The notes under the pieces are model-generated. The model saw nothing but the letters and a program-made list of their open reading frames with translations. It was not told the DNA's origin and did no database searches. This document shows, piece by piece, positions 17,954-28,660 of a stretch of 64,000 bases of DNA. Origin of the DNA: Patescibacteria group bacterium (lineage in GTDB: Bacteria > Patescibacteriota > Microgenomatia > UBA1400 > PJMF01); the NCBI GenBank assembly GCA_018830045.1, contig JAHJTF010000020.1, positions 4,667-68,666 on the forward strand. The letters run 5' to 3'. The position numbers and the translations under genes were made by a program. Position 1 is the first letter of the stretch. Each line of letters starts with the position of its first letter.

Positions 17954-20072
17954 CTAAAACCCTCATAAACTCACTGATAGTGACTGGCTCCTCTGGTTGG
18001 TACTCATAAGCAGTCACACTTTGTTGAGGCATCACACTGCAAACTTTAACTTGACTTTGATACTTTTTAACCATCTCTGAATATTTTTTAAAACTGACTT
18101 TATCAGGATCATACTTGAGGGTATATGAAACTTGATTGCCTGTATCTGGCTCTAGGGGCAGGCCTGCCTGATCAACTCCTTGTAGCCAATATTTTTCTAA
18201 CAACATCAGCCATCTATATTGTTCCTCTGGAGTAGCTTCGCTAGCAGTAATGAGCTTATCTCCCATGCCGATTCGGCAAATGAGAGGTTGAGTAGGAAAG
18301 CCGACTGCTGTCGAGCCTTGATAGCTCCTGAGTTCTTTGACTGGATAGCCCTTTTTTTTGTATTTTTTGACTTGAGGATCATCACTACGATACTGCACCC
18401 ACCGGATGTACTCACGCATACTAGGCAGATGAGCTCCTTCGCTTAAAGCAAAAAGTTTAGATACTGTACCAGAGGGTTTAATGGTGGTGTTGGTATGAGG
18501 TACATTAACTTTTAATTTTTTGGCGTAACTCACTGCTTCCTCTACGACTGCCCGCTTAAACCGAGCAATGGTCTGCCAAAAATCTTGAGATTTTTCTTCA
18601 TCAACTAGATCTCTAAAACTATAACCAAATTGATTCCAGGCAAACTCATGAATACCGGTCATGCCCACCCCAATTCGATTGGTTCGCTTGACTTCTCTGG
18701 CGTACAAAGCATCCATGGTATTAACCCGAATTAAAGCGCGAGTGGCGGCTCTGAAAGCCTCTTCTGCATCATCGACCGTCGGAGCAAAATAAGGCACTAC
18801 ATCGCCAATCACACAATAGCCACCCAACAAATTTAAAGAGATTTCTCCACAGGGATTGGGAATCTGTGTATAAACTTTAGCACTTGCGTTTCTAGCCGCA
18901 TGAGCCAAAAACTTTTTAGTCCGATCCATAGGCTGATATTTATCACTCCCCGCATATTCACCATCTGCATAATCTTCCAAACCATCGTCGTTTTGAACTA
19001 GCTTGTGTTGATTAATAAATCCCGGTTCACCAGTACCATCTTCATAATGAGCTTTAATCATTGCCTCCAGTACTTTTTGGGCATGTTTAGTCCGCTGACG
19101 CCAGAATTTTTCATCAACTGTCACCGAGTTATTAGCACTCCACAGAAAACCACCCTTTTTGATAGTGATAAACTCAAATATTTCTGGGTCTGTCCAACGC
19201 TTGGTGGCAATCCGCGCACTACGTCTCGCCCCACCCACCAAAACACACTCAGCTAAGTAGTGATCAGCAAATAGGGCTTGCTTCCAGGGAGACATCCCCG
19301 CACCCTTGATTGAAGCTACTTTACCAATAGCTTGCATAAGTGGTTTTGGGCCAGACGAAGGACGATTCTGCATCCCTCTAATTGGCTGTCCTTTTTCTCT
19401 CACTTTAGAAAAGTCTAAAATTAACAAATCATCGCGATATTTTTTCTCATAAGCCATGATCTCGATCGTCTCCACCGCCTGAGCCCAGCCCTCTCGACTG
19501 TCTGGGACTTCGAACCAATGAACATGGCCATTGCTTTCACCATACTTGTGTTTAGCATCACGTACGTTCTCGTCGTCGCCCCAGACAAAATCTGGATGTT
19601 GGTCGCTAATCACACAGCGGACGTTGGGCATATGATCCCAATCCACTACGCACATGTCGTCATCGTAGGCCCGGCCGACTCCTGAACCATTCATTAATAA
19701 ATAAAATAATATGAAAGAAGAAGCGGCGGTACTGCAGTTAGTAAACACCTCCAAATTCCGACCAGCTTGAGTATCATCGCCATGTTGAAGATGTCGTCCT
19801 GACATCAAAAGCGAACCATTGCTGATGTGTTTGCGTAAAATTTGATATTCTGCTTTTTGATGTTTCAGATCATCCTTAATTAAAGAGGTGTTGCCGACAG
19901 ATACTCGTTCTGCCACCTCACTCCATTTTTCCCACCGCTCCCGACCAGTTTTGGGATTGGCCAGTTTCCGGAGGTAAGTTCTTCTAGCAACGGCTTTACC
20001 TAATCCCTGATCTAAGCGTCGATCCTCGAACTTCATTTGTTTTTTTGGTAGTATTTGGTTTTTTTGTAACAT
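17871..20072 (-). CDS. nrdJ: Class II (adenosylcobalamin-dependent) ribonucleotide reductase
   Basis: FTNCS, GSGVG, DSREGW, RRSA, GEPG, NPCGEI, GVGMTG, TIKPSGT, C-terminal CESGAC; no beta-subunit gene adjacent. Confidence 0.85.
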   Translation of the reverse strand: MLQKNQILPKKQMKFEDRRLDQGLGKAVARRTYLRKLANPKTGRERWEKWSEVAERVSVGNTSLIKDDLKHQKAEYQILRKHISNGSLLMSGRHLQHGDDTQAGRNLEVFTNCSTAASSFILFYLLMNGSGVGRAYDDDMCVVDWDHMPNVRCVISDQHPDFVWGDDENVRDAKHKYGESNGHVHWFEVPDSREGWAQAVETIEIMAYEKKYRDDLLILDFSKVREKGQPIRGMQNRPSSGPKPLMQAIGKVASIKGAGMSPWKQALFADHYLAECVLVGGARRSARIATKRWTDPEIFEFITIKKGGFLWSANNSVTVDEKFWRQRTKHAQKVLEAMIKAHYEDGTGEPGFINQHKLVQNDDGLEDYADGEYAGSDKYQPMDRTKKFLAHAARNASAKVYTQIPNPCGEISLNLLGGYCVIGDVVPYFAPTVDDAEEAFRAATRALIRVNTMDALYAREVKRTNRIGVGMTGIHEFAWNQFGYSFRDLVDEEKSQDFWQTIARFKRAVVEEAVSYAKKLKVNVPHTNTTIKPSGTVSKLFALSEGAHLPSMREYIRWVQYRSDDPQVKKYKKKGYPVKELRSYQGSTAVGFPTQPLICRIGMGDKLITASEATPEEQYRWLMLLEKYWLQGVDQAGLPLEPDTGNQVSYTLKYDPDKVSFKKYSEMVKKYQSQVKVCSVMPQQSVTAYEYQPEEPVTISEFMRVLDEIEKDETIMEDIDYEHLRCESGACPI

Positions 20073-20519
20073 TTAATTTAGTTTTTCTATTTCGGAAGCG
20101 AAGTCCTCCAAACTCTCAAAATCTCGATAAACACTCGCAAATAATAAATACGACAATGGATCTAGCTTTTTCAACCGGTTGATCACCAAGTTGCCAATCT
20201 CCCAGCTTTTGACTTCATTGGTCCTTTTACGACGCAATGCGGCCTCAATTTCATCAATTAAAGCTTCAATGTCAGCCATTGAAACCGGACGTTTCCAGGT
20301 AGCTTTAACAATACCCCTTTTAAGCTTTTCTCGACTAAAATCTTCTTTAGATCCATCTTTTTTCATTACCTTAAGATCAATCCCCTCAACTCGTTCATAA
20401 GTAGTGAACCGCTTATCACATTGTTCACATTCTCTGCGCCTGCGAATCGAAGTCTGATCTTCTGCTTCGCGGGAGTCAACCACGCTGGTATCGGCGTAGT
20501 GACAGTATGGACACCTCAT
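20073..20519 (-). CDS. nrdR: Transcriptional repressor NrdR
   Basis: MRCPYC..DSR..IRRRREC..C..RFTTYE plus ATP cone, FASVY. Confidence 0.97.
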   Translation of the reverse strand: MRCPYCHYADTSVVDSREAEDQTSIRRRRECEQCDKRFTTYERVEGIDLKVMKKDGSKEDFSREKLKRGIVKATWKRPVSMADIEALIDEIEAALRRKRTNEVKSWEIGNLVINRLKKLDPLSYLLFASVYRDFESLEDFASEIEKLN

Positions 20520-20570
20520 GTACAACTCCTTGTGGTTTTTAAATGCCCAAAGCACAAGATCTTGTGCTTT
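20520..20570. promoter_or_regulatory. Tandem NrdR boxes
   Basis: GCACAAGATCTTGTGC (20552-20567, within a perfect 22-bp palindrome) and GTACAACTCCTTGTGG (20520-20535), 32 bp apart. Confidence 0.75.
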
Positions 20571-20703
20571 GTCGCAAGCAGGATTATCAGAGTCTCACAC
20601 TTCAAACCCCCCTGTCAATATCTCAAAATATCTCAAAGGTGACTAATTACGTTTGCAATAAAAATGCCAAAATAATCCAAAGCTGAACACATAAATGAAG
20701 CAA

Positions 20704-21246
20704 TTAATGAGAAAGTGATTGGCCCAAACGAAGTTTAATAGATTCACATTCACTAATTAGACGATCTACAACCGCTTTTTGGGCTGTGTCAAAATTATCC
20801 GCGATGATTTTAGCTTCCCACAAATAAGCAGTTAAGTGCTTTAACATCTTTAATCTGATTTCATTAGTAGTTTGAGCATCTAATGTTTCCTGAGTGGCAT
20901 TAAGTAAATATTTCTGAGATTTAGTAAAAGCAGTTAGAGCCAAGTCAATCTTATTTTTATCTATCAGTTGACGAGCATAATCTAGGCGTCGCCAGCCGTA
21001 TTCAGCTTGAAGCCAGAGTCTTTCTGGGAAAGGGGTAGTCTCCAGTTGAAGTTTATCAACCGTCATTAAAACCGGATAAAGGATATGGTCTGGCAAAATG
21101 GTGTTGTTTAAGTAAAACTGCCGATGACTAGCCTGAAATCCCGAGGAAGGATATGCCGCCGGCATTGAGGTATTAATTGAGATCATTACCATCAATACTC
21201 CTACAATAAGAGCGAAAATAGATAACCAAATTTGTGGTTTTTTCAT
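20704..21246 (-). CDS. Membrane-anchored helical protein (DUF5667-like)
   Basis: N-terminal TM, ILPDHILYPV, RRL motif. Confidence 0.6.
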   Translation of the reverse strand: MKKPQIWLSIFALIVGVLMVMISINTSMPAAYPSSGFQASHRQFYLNNTILPDHILYPVLMTVDKLQLETTPFPERLWLQAEYGWRRLDYARQLIDKNKIDLALTAFTKSQKYLLNATQETLDAQTTNEIRLKMLKHLTAYLWEAKIIADNFDTAQKAVVDRLISECESIKLRLGQSLSH

Positions 21247-21309
21247 AGAGCAATGATGAGGGGTGTAGTATAGCTACTTAGTTTCTGGCTGTCACTGTTA
21301 AAAATACTG

Positions 21310-22014
21310 CTAAAAATAGAGCAAAAGTGCCATGCCCCAGATAACATGAGACGTCACTAATAAATATGCATTTTGTTTTTGTGCGAATAGCAGACTTTGT
21401 CCAATGGCAAATAAAGTCAATAAACTCAGTATGGGAAATACACTCACGAGATCAAATCTTATAAACACGTTGGGAATATGAAATAACATGAAAATTAAAG
21501 TCACTAAAATCACCTGTTTAATGAGTGACCAATAAATAAATCTGTCTTGCACCACCGTCATCACAAAACTAAAGAAGAAGACAGTTTCAAAGAAGGCAGT
21601 AAATAAACCCCAGAGCATTTCCCACCAAAACTGATCAGCAAAAAAAATTAAAACTGGCTCAACTGTTCCACCGGTTTGCAGTAACCTAATAAAAACTGTT
21701 AAAAAACCAAACATACCGCCTATGACTAGCCCCTTCAGCATTCCTGACTGAAGATTTTTAAGCATAAAGCTATCAATAATGGGTCTAAAACCTGTCACAT
21801 TGATATAAACCCAGACTGGCAAGCCAAAAAAAATGGCTTTACCAATAATCTCATCAAACCAAACTGGGAAATTAAATAGACTCCGGTAAAGGAACCACAA
21901 AATCAATGTAAAAATAATTACTGGAAAAAATACTTGATGAGTTAAATAACGACCGCGACTAGCTTGAGTAGTTGTTGAACTTTTAAATTTAGTGCTTGGC
22001 TTTTTTAAGGGCAT
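21310..22014 (-). CDS. CPBP/Abi-family intramembrane protease-like protein
   Basis: Multi-TM with F..H(IP) and late H motif; EExxxR motif degenerate (FETVFF). Confidence 0.55.
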   Translation of the reverse strand: MPLKKPSTKFKSSTTTQASRGRYLTHQVFFPVIIFTLILWFLYRSLFNFPVWFDEIIGKAIFFGLPVWVYINVTGFRPIIDSFMLKNLQSGMLKGLVIGGMFGFLTVFIRLLQTGGTVEPVLIFFADQFWWEMLWGLFTAFFETVFFFSFVMTVVQDRFIYWSLIKQVILVTLIFMLFHIPNVFIRFDLVSVFPILSLLTLFAIGQSLLFAQKQNAYLLVTSHVIWGMALLLYF

Positions 22015-22627
22015 CTAAAACCAGCTTTGAGGTTTCTTTTTTAGTACTAGAATAAGTATCTATGACTAGATCGTATAAGTCTGGATGCCAAAAATCAATT
22101 GGCTCCTTGGCTGATAGAATGCCGGGTTCAATAACCCATTGCTGCCATTCTTTTTCATAAAGCCGGCTCCATGTTTTTAAGTTGGTCAAATATCTTTCAT
22201 GTAGGTGAACCTTAGCTTCTTTGACTGAAATTTGATCGCGGTTAACAATGCGGTCGATCCTTATCGCATCTTCACTACAAATCATCAAAATCTTTAAAAC
22301 ACCCTTAAGTTGCTGTGCCATAAATCCAGACAGCCAGGATTCTAAAATCCAAAATTGCTCGTTTTCGAGTTTTTCTCTCATCCCATAGTCAACTTGACGA
22401 TCAAAATCATTTTCATAATGTGAGGCGTCGTGATGAGTGTTTTTAGAACCATCAAATAAGCCCTTTTGGGCTGCATAGGCTCGCATGAACTCGCCCCCAG
22501 AAAAACCATGCCAACCGTCAAGTTTCAACTCTTCCTTGAGCATATTTAATAAAGTGGTGGAGCCACTGCCTGGCAAACCAGAAATAGTGACGTTGGTGTA
22601 GTTATATTTAAAAATTTGTGGGGTCAT
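21989..22627 (-). CDS. Cytidylate kinase-like protein (short, archaeal-like type)
   Basis: TISGLPGSGSTT, SGGEFMR, DRQVD, YDLVIDT. Confidence 0.75.
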   Translation of the reverse strand: MTPQIFKYNYTNVTISGLPGSGSTTLLNMLKEELKLDGWHGFSGGEFMRAYAAQKGLFDGSKNTHHDASHYENDFDRQVDYGMREKLENEQFWILESWLSGFMAQQLKGVLKILMICSEDAIRIDRIVNRDQISVKEAKVHLHERYLTNLKTWSRLYEKEWQQWVIEPGILSAKEPIDFWHPDLYDLVIDTYSSTKKETSKLVLDALKKAKH

Positions 22628-22730
22628 ATAACTCCTCTTATGTATTTAAATGTAGCCACTCAGGCGCAATAATATAGTATACCCTAAGTTGCAGATAATG
22701 GGTCTGATGAGAGATAATGGGGGTTCAACT

Positions 22731-25106
22731 ATGTTAAATTTAAACTGGCAGAAAGCTTTTTTGCATAAGTTGTCTAAAAAACAGCTATCCAAAAAAAAAC
22801 AACACTCGCAAAAATCTCCAGCGAAAAAATCTACTGCTCAGATTACCCGCATTGTTAAAACTTTGTTGTACCCAGTTACTCACCCTATTTTGCGCTATGT
22901 AACTGCAGTGGTATTTTCTCTGCTAATTATTGGGACTGGACTGCTTCTCCAACAACTTCCCTCTCCGCGGCGTCTGACTGCTAAAGATAATTTTGCTGTT
23001 AGTACCTTAATTTATGACCGTTACGGTAAATTATTATATGAAATTTATGCAGATGAGAATCGTGTTCCAATTAAACTAGAAGAACTTCCGCCCCATGTCT
23101 TACAAGCCACGGTTTCCATAGAAGATAAAAATTTTTATAAACATTGGGGGTTTGATGTAAGCGGAATTATCCGAGCCATACGCAATAATCTCCTGAGTAC
23201 GGACGTTGAGGGCGGATCAACCATTACTCAGCAATTAGTTAAAAATGCTTTTTTAACCAAAGAAAAAACTCTGCAACGAAAATTTAAAGAACTAGTTTTG
23301 GCCGTCCTAACAGAGATCATGTACTCCAAAAAAGAAATTCTAGAAATGTATTTAAACTACATTTCTTATGGCGGTACGGCAGTCGGGGTGGAAGCAGCAG
23401 CACATAAATACTTTGATAAAAATGCCAAAGATTTAAATCTTGCTGAAGCATCTTTATTGGCTGGATTACCCCAAGCCCCTAGTCGCTATTCACCTTTTGC
23501 TTCTGATCCTCAAATCTCACGAGATCGACAGGCAGAAGTGCTACGCAGAATGATTGAAGATGGCTACATTTCACAGCTGCAAGCACAAGAAGCTCAAGGA
23601 ACAATTCTAACCTTCGCACTGTCTGAAACTAATATTCAAGCACCTCACTTTGTATTTTATGTCCGAGATTTATTGTATGAAAAATACGGAGAAGAAATGG
23701 TCGAAAAAGGCGGACTAAGAGTTCATACCACCCTAGATTTAGACCTACAAAAGGCAGTCCAGGCATCAGTATCTGCAGAAGTTAAACAGCTAGCTCGCCA
23801 TCGAGTCAGCAATGGTGCCGCTCTAGTGACTAAACCTAATACTGGTGAAATTCTCGCCATGGTTGGAAGCACCGACTACTTTAATAGTGAAATTGATGGC
23901 CAGGTTAACATTGCATTGCGATCTCGCCAGCCAGGCTCTTCAATCAAACCTCTCATGTATGCCACTGCTTTTGAAGAGAAAAAACTAAATCCCGGGAGCA
24001 TTTTAATAGACATCCCCACGTGCTTTGATGTACCCGGTCAACCGCAATACTGTCCTAAAAATTATGATGGCACTTTCAAGGGTCCAGTTACTATCCGTCG
24101 CTCACTAGGCAACTCACTTAACATTCCAGCGGTAAAGGCAATTAGTACCATTGGCGTTGAAACTTTTATGGATCAAGCTACAAAGATGGGGATCACAACT
24201 TGGAAAGATCCGGCTAATTACGGCCTATCTCTAACTTTAGGGGGTGGTGAAGTGAGGATGATTGACATGGCCCAGGCATTTGGAGTTCTAGCCAATCAAG
24301 GAGTTAAAGTCCCACTCACTCCAATCCTAAAAATCGAAGATTATACTGGTGAAGTCTTAGCAGAAATCAATATTGAGGATCGCTTGGGAGACCTTAGCAC
24401 CCTGATGGAGTTTGACCAAGAATCAGCTGGTGATCTTAGGCGCGTCATGAACCGCGCCCCAGCCTATCTAGTTAGCCACATCATGCAAGATAACAATGCT
24501 CGCGTAGAAGCTTTTGGCCCTAGCTCAAAACTAGTTATTCCCGGAAAAATTGTCAGTGCCAAAACCGGCACCACTAATGACCTAAAAGACAACTGGACAA
24601 TTGGTTTTACACCACAGTACTTGGTTGTGAGTTGGGTAGGTAATAATGACAATACCCCCATGAACCCATACTTAGTTTCTGGAGTAACAGGAGCAGCCCC
24701 AATTTGGAATGACATCATGAATTTTATCTTACAAGGTCAAGAATCAGTTTGGCCACAAAAACCTAGTGACGTAGCTCAGGCCATGGTCTGCGCCAATGGA
24801 ATGCCGGCGCAATATGCAAATGAGGAATGTCGATTATTAAATCAAGAAATGTACTGGGAAGCTAGTTATCCCTCTAACTCTAGAGTAATTGAAAAAGAGG
24901 TTTGGATTAAACCAGAAACAGGCCTACCACCTGTTTACGGCGAACAAGCCGAGGGCTTAGTTCTAGAAAGACGCACTCTTTATCAAGACCCAGTGACCGA
25001 ACTTTACTGCGCCGACTGCCGCCGCAACTTAGATGAAACGGGTAAAATCCAATACGAACGACACGTAGTAAATGAACAAACCACTGCCCGCATCCATAAT
25101 GACTAA
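22731..25106 (+). CDS. Class A penicillin-binding protein (PBP1A family)
   Basis: EDKNF..H.G, GGSTITQQ, SSIK, SLN, KTG. Confidence 0.95.
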   Translation: MLNLNWQKAFLHKLSKKQLSKKKQHSQKSPAKKSTAQITRIVKTLLYPVTHPILRYVTAVVFSLLIIGTGLLLQQLPSPRRLTAKDNFAVSTLIYDRYGKLLYEIYADENRVPIKLEELPPHVLQATVSIEDKNFYKHWGFDVSGIIRAIRNNLLSTDVEGGSTITQQLVKNAFLTKEKTLQRKFKELVLAVLTEIMYSKKEILEMYLNYISYGGTAVGVEAAAHKYFDKNAKDLNLAEASLLAGLPQAPSRYSPFASDPQISRDRQAEVLRRMIEDGYISQLQAQEAQGTILTFALSETNIQAPHFVFYVRDLLYEKYGEEMVEKGGLRVHTTLDLDLQKAVQASVSAEVKQLARHRVSNGAALVTKPNTGEILAMVGSTDYFNSEIDGQVNIALRSRQPGSSIKPLMYATAFEEKKLNPGSILIDIPTCFDVPGQPQYCPKNYDGTFKGPVTIRRSLGNSLNIPAVKAISTIGVETFMDQATKMGITTWKDPANYGLSLTLGGGEVRMIDMAQAFGVLANQGVKVPLTPILKIEDYTGEVLAEINIEDRLGDLSTLMEFDQESAGDLRRVMNRAPAYLVSHIMQDNNARVEAFGPSSKLVIPGKIVSAKTGTTNDLKDNWTIGFTPQYLVVSWVGNNDNTPMNPYLVSGVTGAAPIWNDIMNFILQGQESVWPQKPSDVAQAMVCANGMPAQYANEECRLLNQEMYWEASYPSNSRVIEKEVWIKPETGLPPVYGEQAEGLVLERRTLYQDPVTELYCADCRRNLDETGKIQYERHVVNEQTTARIHND

Positions 25107-26283
25107 GCGGATATTTTTAATCGCTGTAGGTTTATTAAGCTTTTTTCTGGCCTTAATTTTCTCTCTGTGGTATTTTGCCGAAGTTCCATTAACTTCCCCC
25201 CTTAGTTCACTAACTGCATTTAATTTTATTAATCAAATTACTTCTAAGAACAATAATAAGATTGTTTATGGATTCATCCCGTACTGGAATTTAGACGAGG
25301 TTAGGATTCAACCAGAATTAACCCACTTGGCTTACTTTGGGCTAACGATTGGCGCTGATGGACAAATCGTAACTAAAGAAAATAGCGGCCCAGAACCAGG
25401 CTATAAACATCTGCAAAGCGATAAGTTTTTGGAAATTTCAAGTCTGATGGAACAACAAAATAAAAAAGTAGAAATCGTGCTAACTCAGTTTAATAACGAC
25501 ACCATCGTCTCTTTATTAAACCAAGAAAAAAGCATTCAAAACCTGCTTACTTCACTTGATTCTATTTTATTGGCCTATCCAGTGAGTGGAATCAATTTAG
25601 ATATTGAATATACCGGTCTAGTGACTGACCAATTGCGCCAAAAATTTGTGCAGTTGGTGGTGGCAATTAGTCAACACTTAACCCAAAAATACGATCAAGT
25701 GACATTTTCAGTTGATATGTATGCTTCAGCCGCCACCAAACCTCAAATCTGGGATGTGGCTAAGATTGAGCCATATGTTGATCACATTATTGTCATGGCC
25801 TATGATTTTCATCAACGCTCTTCACCCCAAGCTGGACCAGTCGCACCTCTTTTTGGTGGACGAGAGTATTGGGACAGTGATGTTAATCAACATTTAGCAG
25901 ATTTTGTTAAACTAGTCCCAAAAGAGAAAATCCTCTTGGGAGTGCCATTTTATGGCTACGAGTGGCAGACTACCTCGCGTGATCCTCAGGCTCATACTTT
26001 TCCCCAAACGGGTAGTACAGCCAGCATAAAAAGAGTTAAAGAAATCATCGCCGTCACACAAGAACTTAAGGTAGAGCAATCCTGGAATGACCAAGCCCTC
26101 TCTCCCTATTTATCTTATCTTGAAGATGACAAAATTTTTGTGATTTACTATGAAAACTCTCGCTCTTTATCTTACAAACTAGACTATGTTAATCAATTAA
26201 ATTTGAGAGGAATTTCTATTTGGGCATTGGGTTATGAAGATAGCTCTCGCGAGTTGTGGGATGTGATCAGTAATAAATTATAG
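25099..26283 (+). CDS. Membrane-anchored glycoside hydrolase family 18
   Basis: GINLDIEY catalytic motif, MAYDF, GVPFYG, WALG. Confidence 0.9.
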   Translation: MTKRIFLIAVGLLSFFLALIFSLWYFAEVPLTSPLSSLTAFNFINQITSKNNNKIVYGFIPYWNLDEVRIQPELTHLAYFGLTIGADGQIVTKENSGPEPGYKHLQSDKFLEISSLMEQQNKKVEIVLTQFNNDTIVSLLNQEKSIQNLLTSLDSILLAYPVSGINLDIEYTGLVTDQLRQKFVQLVVAISQHLTQKYDQVTFSVDMYASAATKPQIWDVAKIEPYVDHIIVMAYDFHQRSSPQAGPVAPLFGGREYWDSDVNQHLADFVKLVPKEKILLGVPFYGYEWQTTSRDPQAHTFPQTGSTASIKRVKEIIAVTQELKVEQSWNDQALSPYLSYLEDDKIFVIYYENSRSLSYKLDYVNQLNLRGISIWALGYEDSSRELWDVISNKL

Positions 26284-26350
26284 GCTTTTTTTCATCAACT
26301 TTTTACTGAGATAGGTTGTCTGATTAAAGAGCTGATGATATGATCGCCCC

Positions 26351-28642
26351 ATGAGTAAGATAAATCCTATAGCTTACGGAAATAGATTAAAGCTTATTCT
26401 AAAAAAACTAGGACCAATATATCTATTATTCCAATTTAGCCCCTTCGTAAGACCTAAAATAACATCTCCGCAGAAAAAAACATTGGGTAGTTCAGCTCTC
26501 CAGGGTTGGTCCATGATTGACCTCATGGAATTATTAAAATTGCCTCCAGTTAAATTTAAGAAAATTCAATTAACTCCCACACGAAAGACTGCTTTAATTG
26601 GTACGCTAATCATATTTCTGCTTGGTGGTGGATATAGTTTTTATTTATTAATTATTAAAGATTTGCCTAACATTAGTCAGCTTAATGGACGTAACCAAAT
26701 TGTTTCGACTAAAATCTTGTCGCGAGACGGACAAGTATTGTTTAGGATTTACGAAAATGAAAATCGCACTTTAGTCAAACTCAGTGATATTCCGCAACAC
26801 ATGATTAATGCCACCATCGCCATAGAAGATAAAGATTTTTATTATCATCATGGTTTTTCTATTAAAGGCATTATGCGCGCTCTAGTTGCCAACAGCCAAG
26901 ACCTGACTATTCAACAAGGCGGTTCAACTATCACTCAGCAATTGGTAAAAAATCGCTTACTTAGTCCAGAGCGAACAATTCAACGAAAAATCCGCGAGTT
27001 AGTCTTGTCTGTATTGATAGAACTTAAGTTTAGTAAAGAAGAAATTTTAGAGATGTACTTCAATCAAGTTCCCTATGGTGGTTCCACTTATGGCGTAGAA
27101 GAGGCAGCTCAGCGTTACTTTGGTAAAACTATTAGCCAATTAAATTTAGCAGAAAGCTCTATGCTAGCTGGTTTACCCGTGGCGCCATCTATTTATTCTC
27201 CTTTTGGCGCAGCGCCAGAACTGGCTAAGCACCGCCAGTTAGAGGTATTGCGCCACATGGTAGAAGATGACTATATTGATCAAGCTCAAGCTGATGATGC
27301 TTTCAAGTTGTCACTCAATTTTAAACACGATGTGATTGACATTAAAGCACCTCATTTTGTGTTTTATGTTAAAAAACTTCTCTCGGAACAATATGGCGAA
27401 GCTGTAGTTAATCAAGGTGGGTTGGAGGTCACTACTACCCTAGATTTAGAGTTGCAAAAAGTAGCCCAAAAAATTGTGACGGATGAGGTCACTAAACTCA
27501 CTAGACTGCAGGTGAATAATGGTGCGGCGTTAGTTACCAAACCACAAAGTGGCGAAATTTTGGCTATGATCGGCAGTAAAGATTACTTTGATTTTGAGCA
27601 TGATGGGCAGGTTAATGTCACTCTGCGACCGCGCCAACCTGGCTCCTCTATTAAGCCCTTAACTTACTCAATTGCCTTAGAGCAAGGTAAAAATCCCAGC
27701 ACTATTATTGACGATAGCCCCATTACCTACCATAGCTTAGGGAGTCCTCCTTACAGCCCACAAAACTATGATGGAAAATTTCATGGCAAAATCACGCTAC
27801 GAGAAGCTCTGGCTTCTTCTTATAACGTCCCAGCAGTGAAAACGTTAGCTGAAATTGGAGTTAGCAATATGCTAGATAAAGCCGAAACTATGGGCATAGA
27901 TACTTGGCAAGATCGACAAAGATTTGGCTTATCGCTCACTCTAGGAGGCGGAGAGGTCACCATGACAGATATGGCTGAGCTCTATAGTACTTTTGCCAAT
28001 GCTGGCACCACGGTAGAACTTAATCCCATTTTAGAAATTAAAAACTCTCAAGGCGAAATTTTATATCGCAATACCTGTGTGTTGGAAAATAGAGGGTGTC
28101 AACAAAACAAAACACTTAGTTCTAAGGTAGCATATCAAATTTCCGACATCCTCTCAGACAATCGCGCTCGCTTGGCTGCTTTTGGTCCGCACAGCGTTTT
28201 GTATATTCCTAATCAACAAGTGGCAGTTAAAACCGGTACTACCAATAGTCTCAGAGATAACTGGACTGTTGGTTATACGACTGATCGTTTAGTTGCTGTC
28301 TGGGTCGGCAATAATAATAATCAACCCATGAGCTATGTGGCCTCAGGCATTACTGGAGCCTCTCCAATTTGGAATCAAATCATGCGATTGCTTTTAGATG
28401 AAAAAACCCCCCATGTCTTTCCTCTCCCAGAAGGATTTATTAAAGTTAAAATTTGTGCCATCACTGGTACTCTTCCCTGCACGAGCTGTCCCAATATTAC
28501 TGAAGAGTTATTTATTCCGGGCAGTGAACCTCAAACACATTGTTCGCCTGAGTGGTTTGAGAAAAAAGAAGAACAACTGCAAAAAATGGAACAACTTCAG
28601 AAAAATCGCGATCAAATTTTAAACGGAGCTAGTGCTAATTGA
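26351..28642 (+). CDS. Class A penicillin-binding protein (PBP1A family), second paralog
   Basis: EDKDF..H.G, GGSTITQQ, SSIK, SYN, KTG. Confidence 0.95.
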   Translation: MSKINPIAYGNRLKLILKKLGPIYLLFQFSPFVRPKITSPQKKTLGSSALQGWSMIDLMELLKLPPVKFKKIQLTPTRKTALIGTLIIFLLGGGYSFYLLIIKDLPNISQLNGRNQIVSTKILSRDGQVLFRIYENENRTLVKLSDIPQHMINATIAIEDKDFYYHHGFSIKGIMRALVANSQDLTIQQGGSTITQQLVKNRLLSPERTIQRKIRELVLSVLIELKFSKEEILEMYFNQVPYGGSTYGVEEAAQRYFGKTISQLNLAESSMLAGLPVAPSIYSPFGAAPELAKHRQLEVLRHMVEDDYIDQAQADDAFKLSLNFKHDVIDIKAPHFVFYVKKLLSEQYGEAVVNQGGLEVTTTLDLELQKVAQKIVTDEVTKLTRLQVNNGAALVTKPQSGEILAMIGSKDYFDFEHDGQVNVTLRPRQPGSSIKPLTYSIALEQGKNPSTIIDDSPITYHSLGSPPYSPQNYDGKFHGKITLREALASSYNVPAVKTLAEIGVSNMLDKAETMGIDTWQDRQRFGLSLTLGGGEVTMTDMAELYSTFANAGTTVELNPILEIKNSQGEILYRNTCVLENRGCQQNKTLSSKVAYQISDILSDNRARLAAFGPHSVLYIPNQQVAVKTGTTNSLRDNWTVGYTTDRLVAVWVGNNNNQPMSYVASGITGASPIWNQIMRLLLDEKTPHVFPLPEGFIKVKICAITGTLPCTSCPNITEELFIPGSEPQTHCSPEWFEKKEEQLQKMEQLQKNRDQILNGASAN

Positions 28643-28660
28643 ACTTCACAAAACCCTAAA

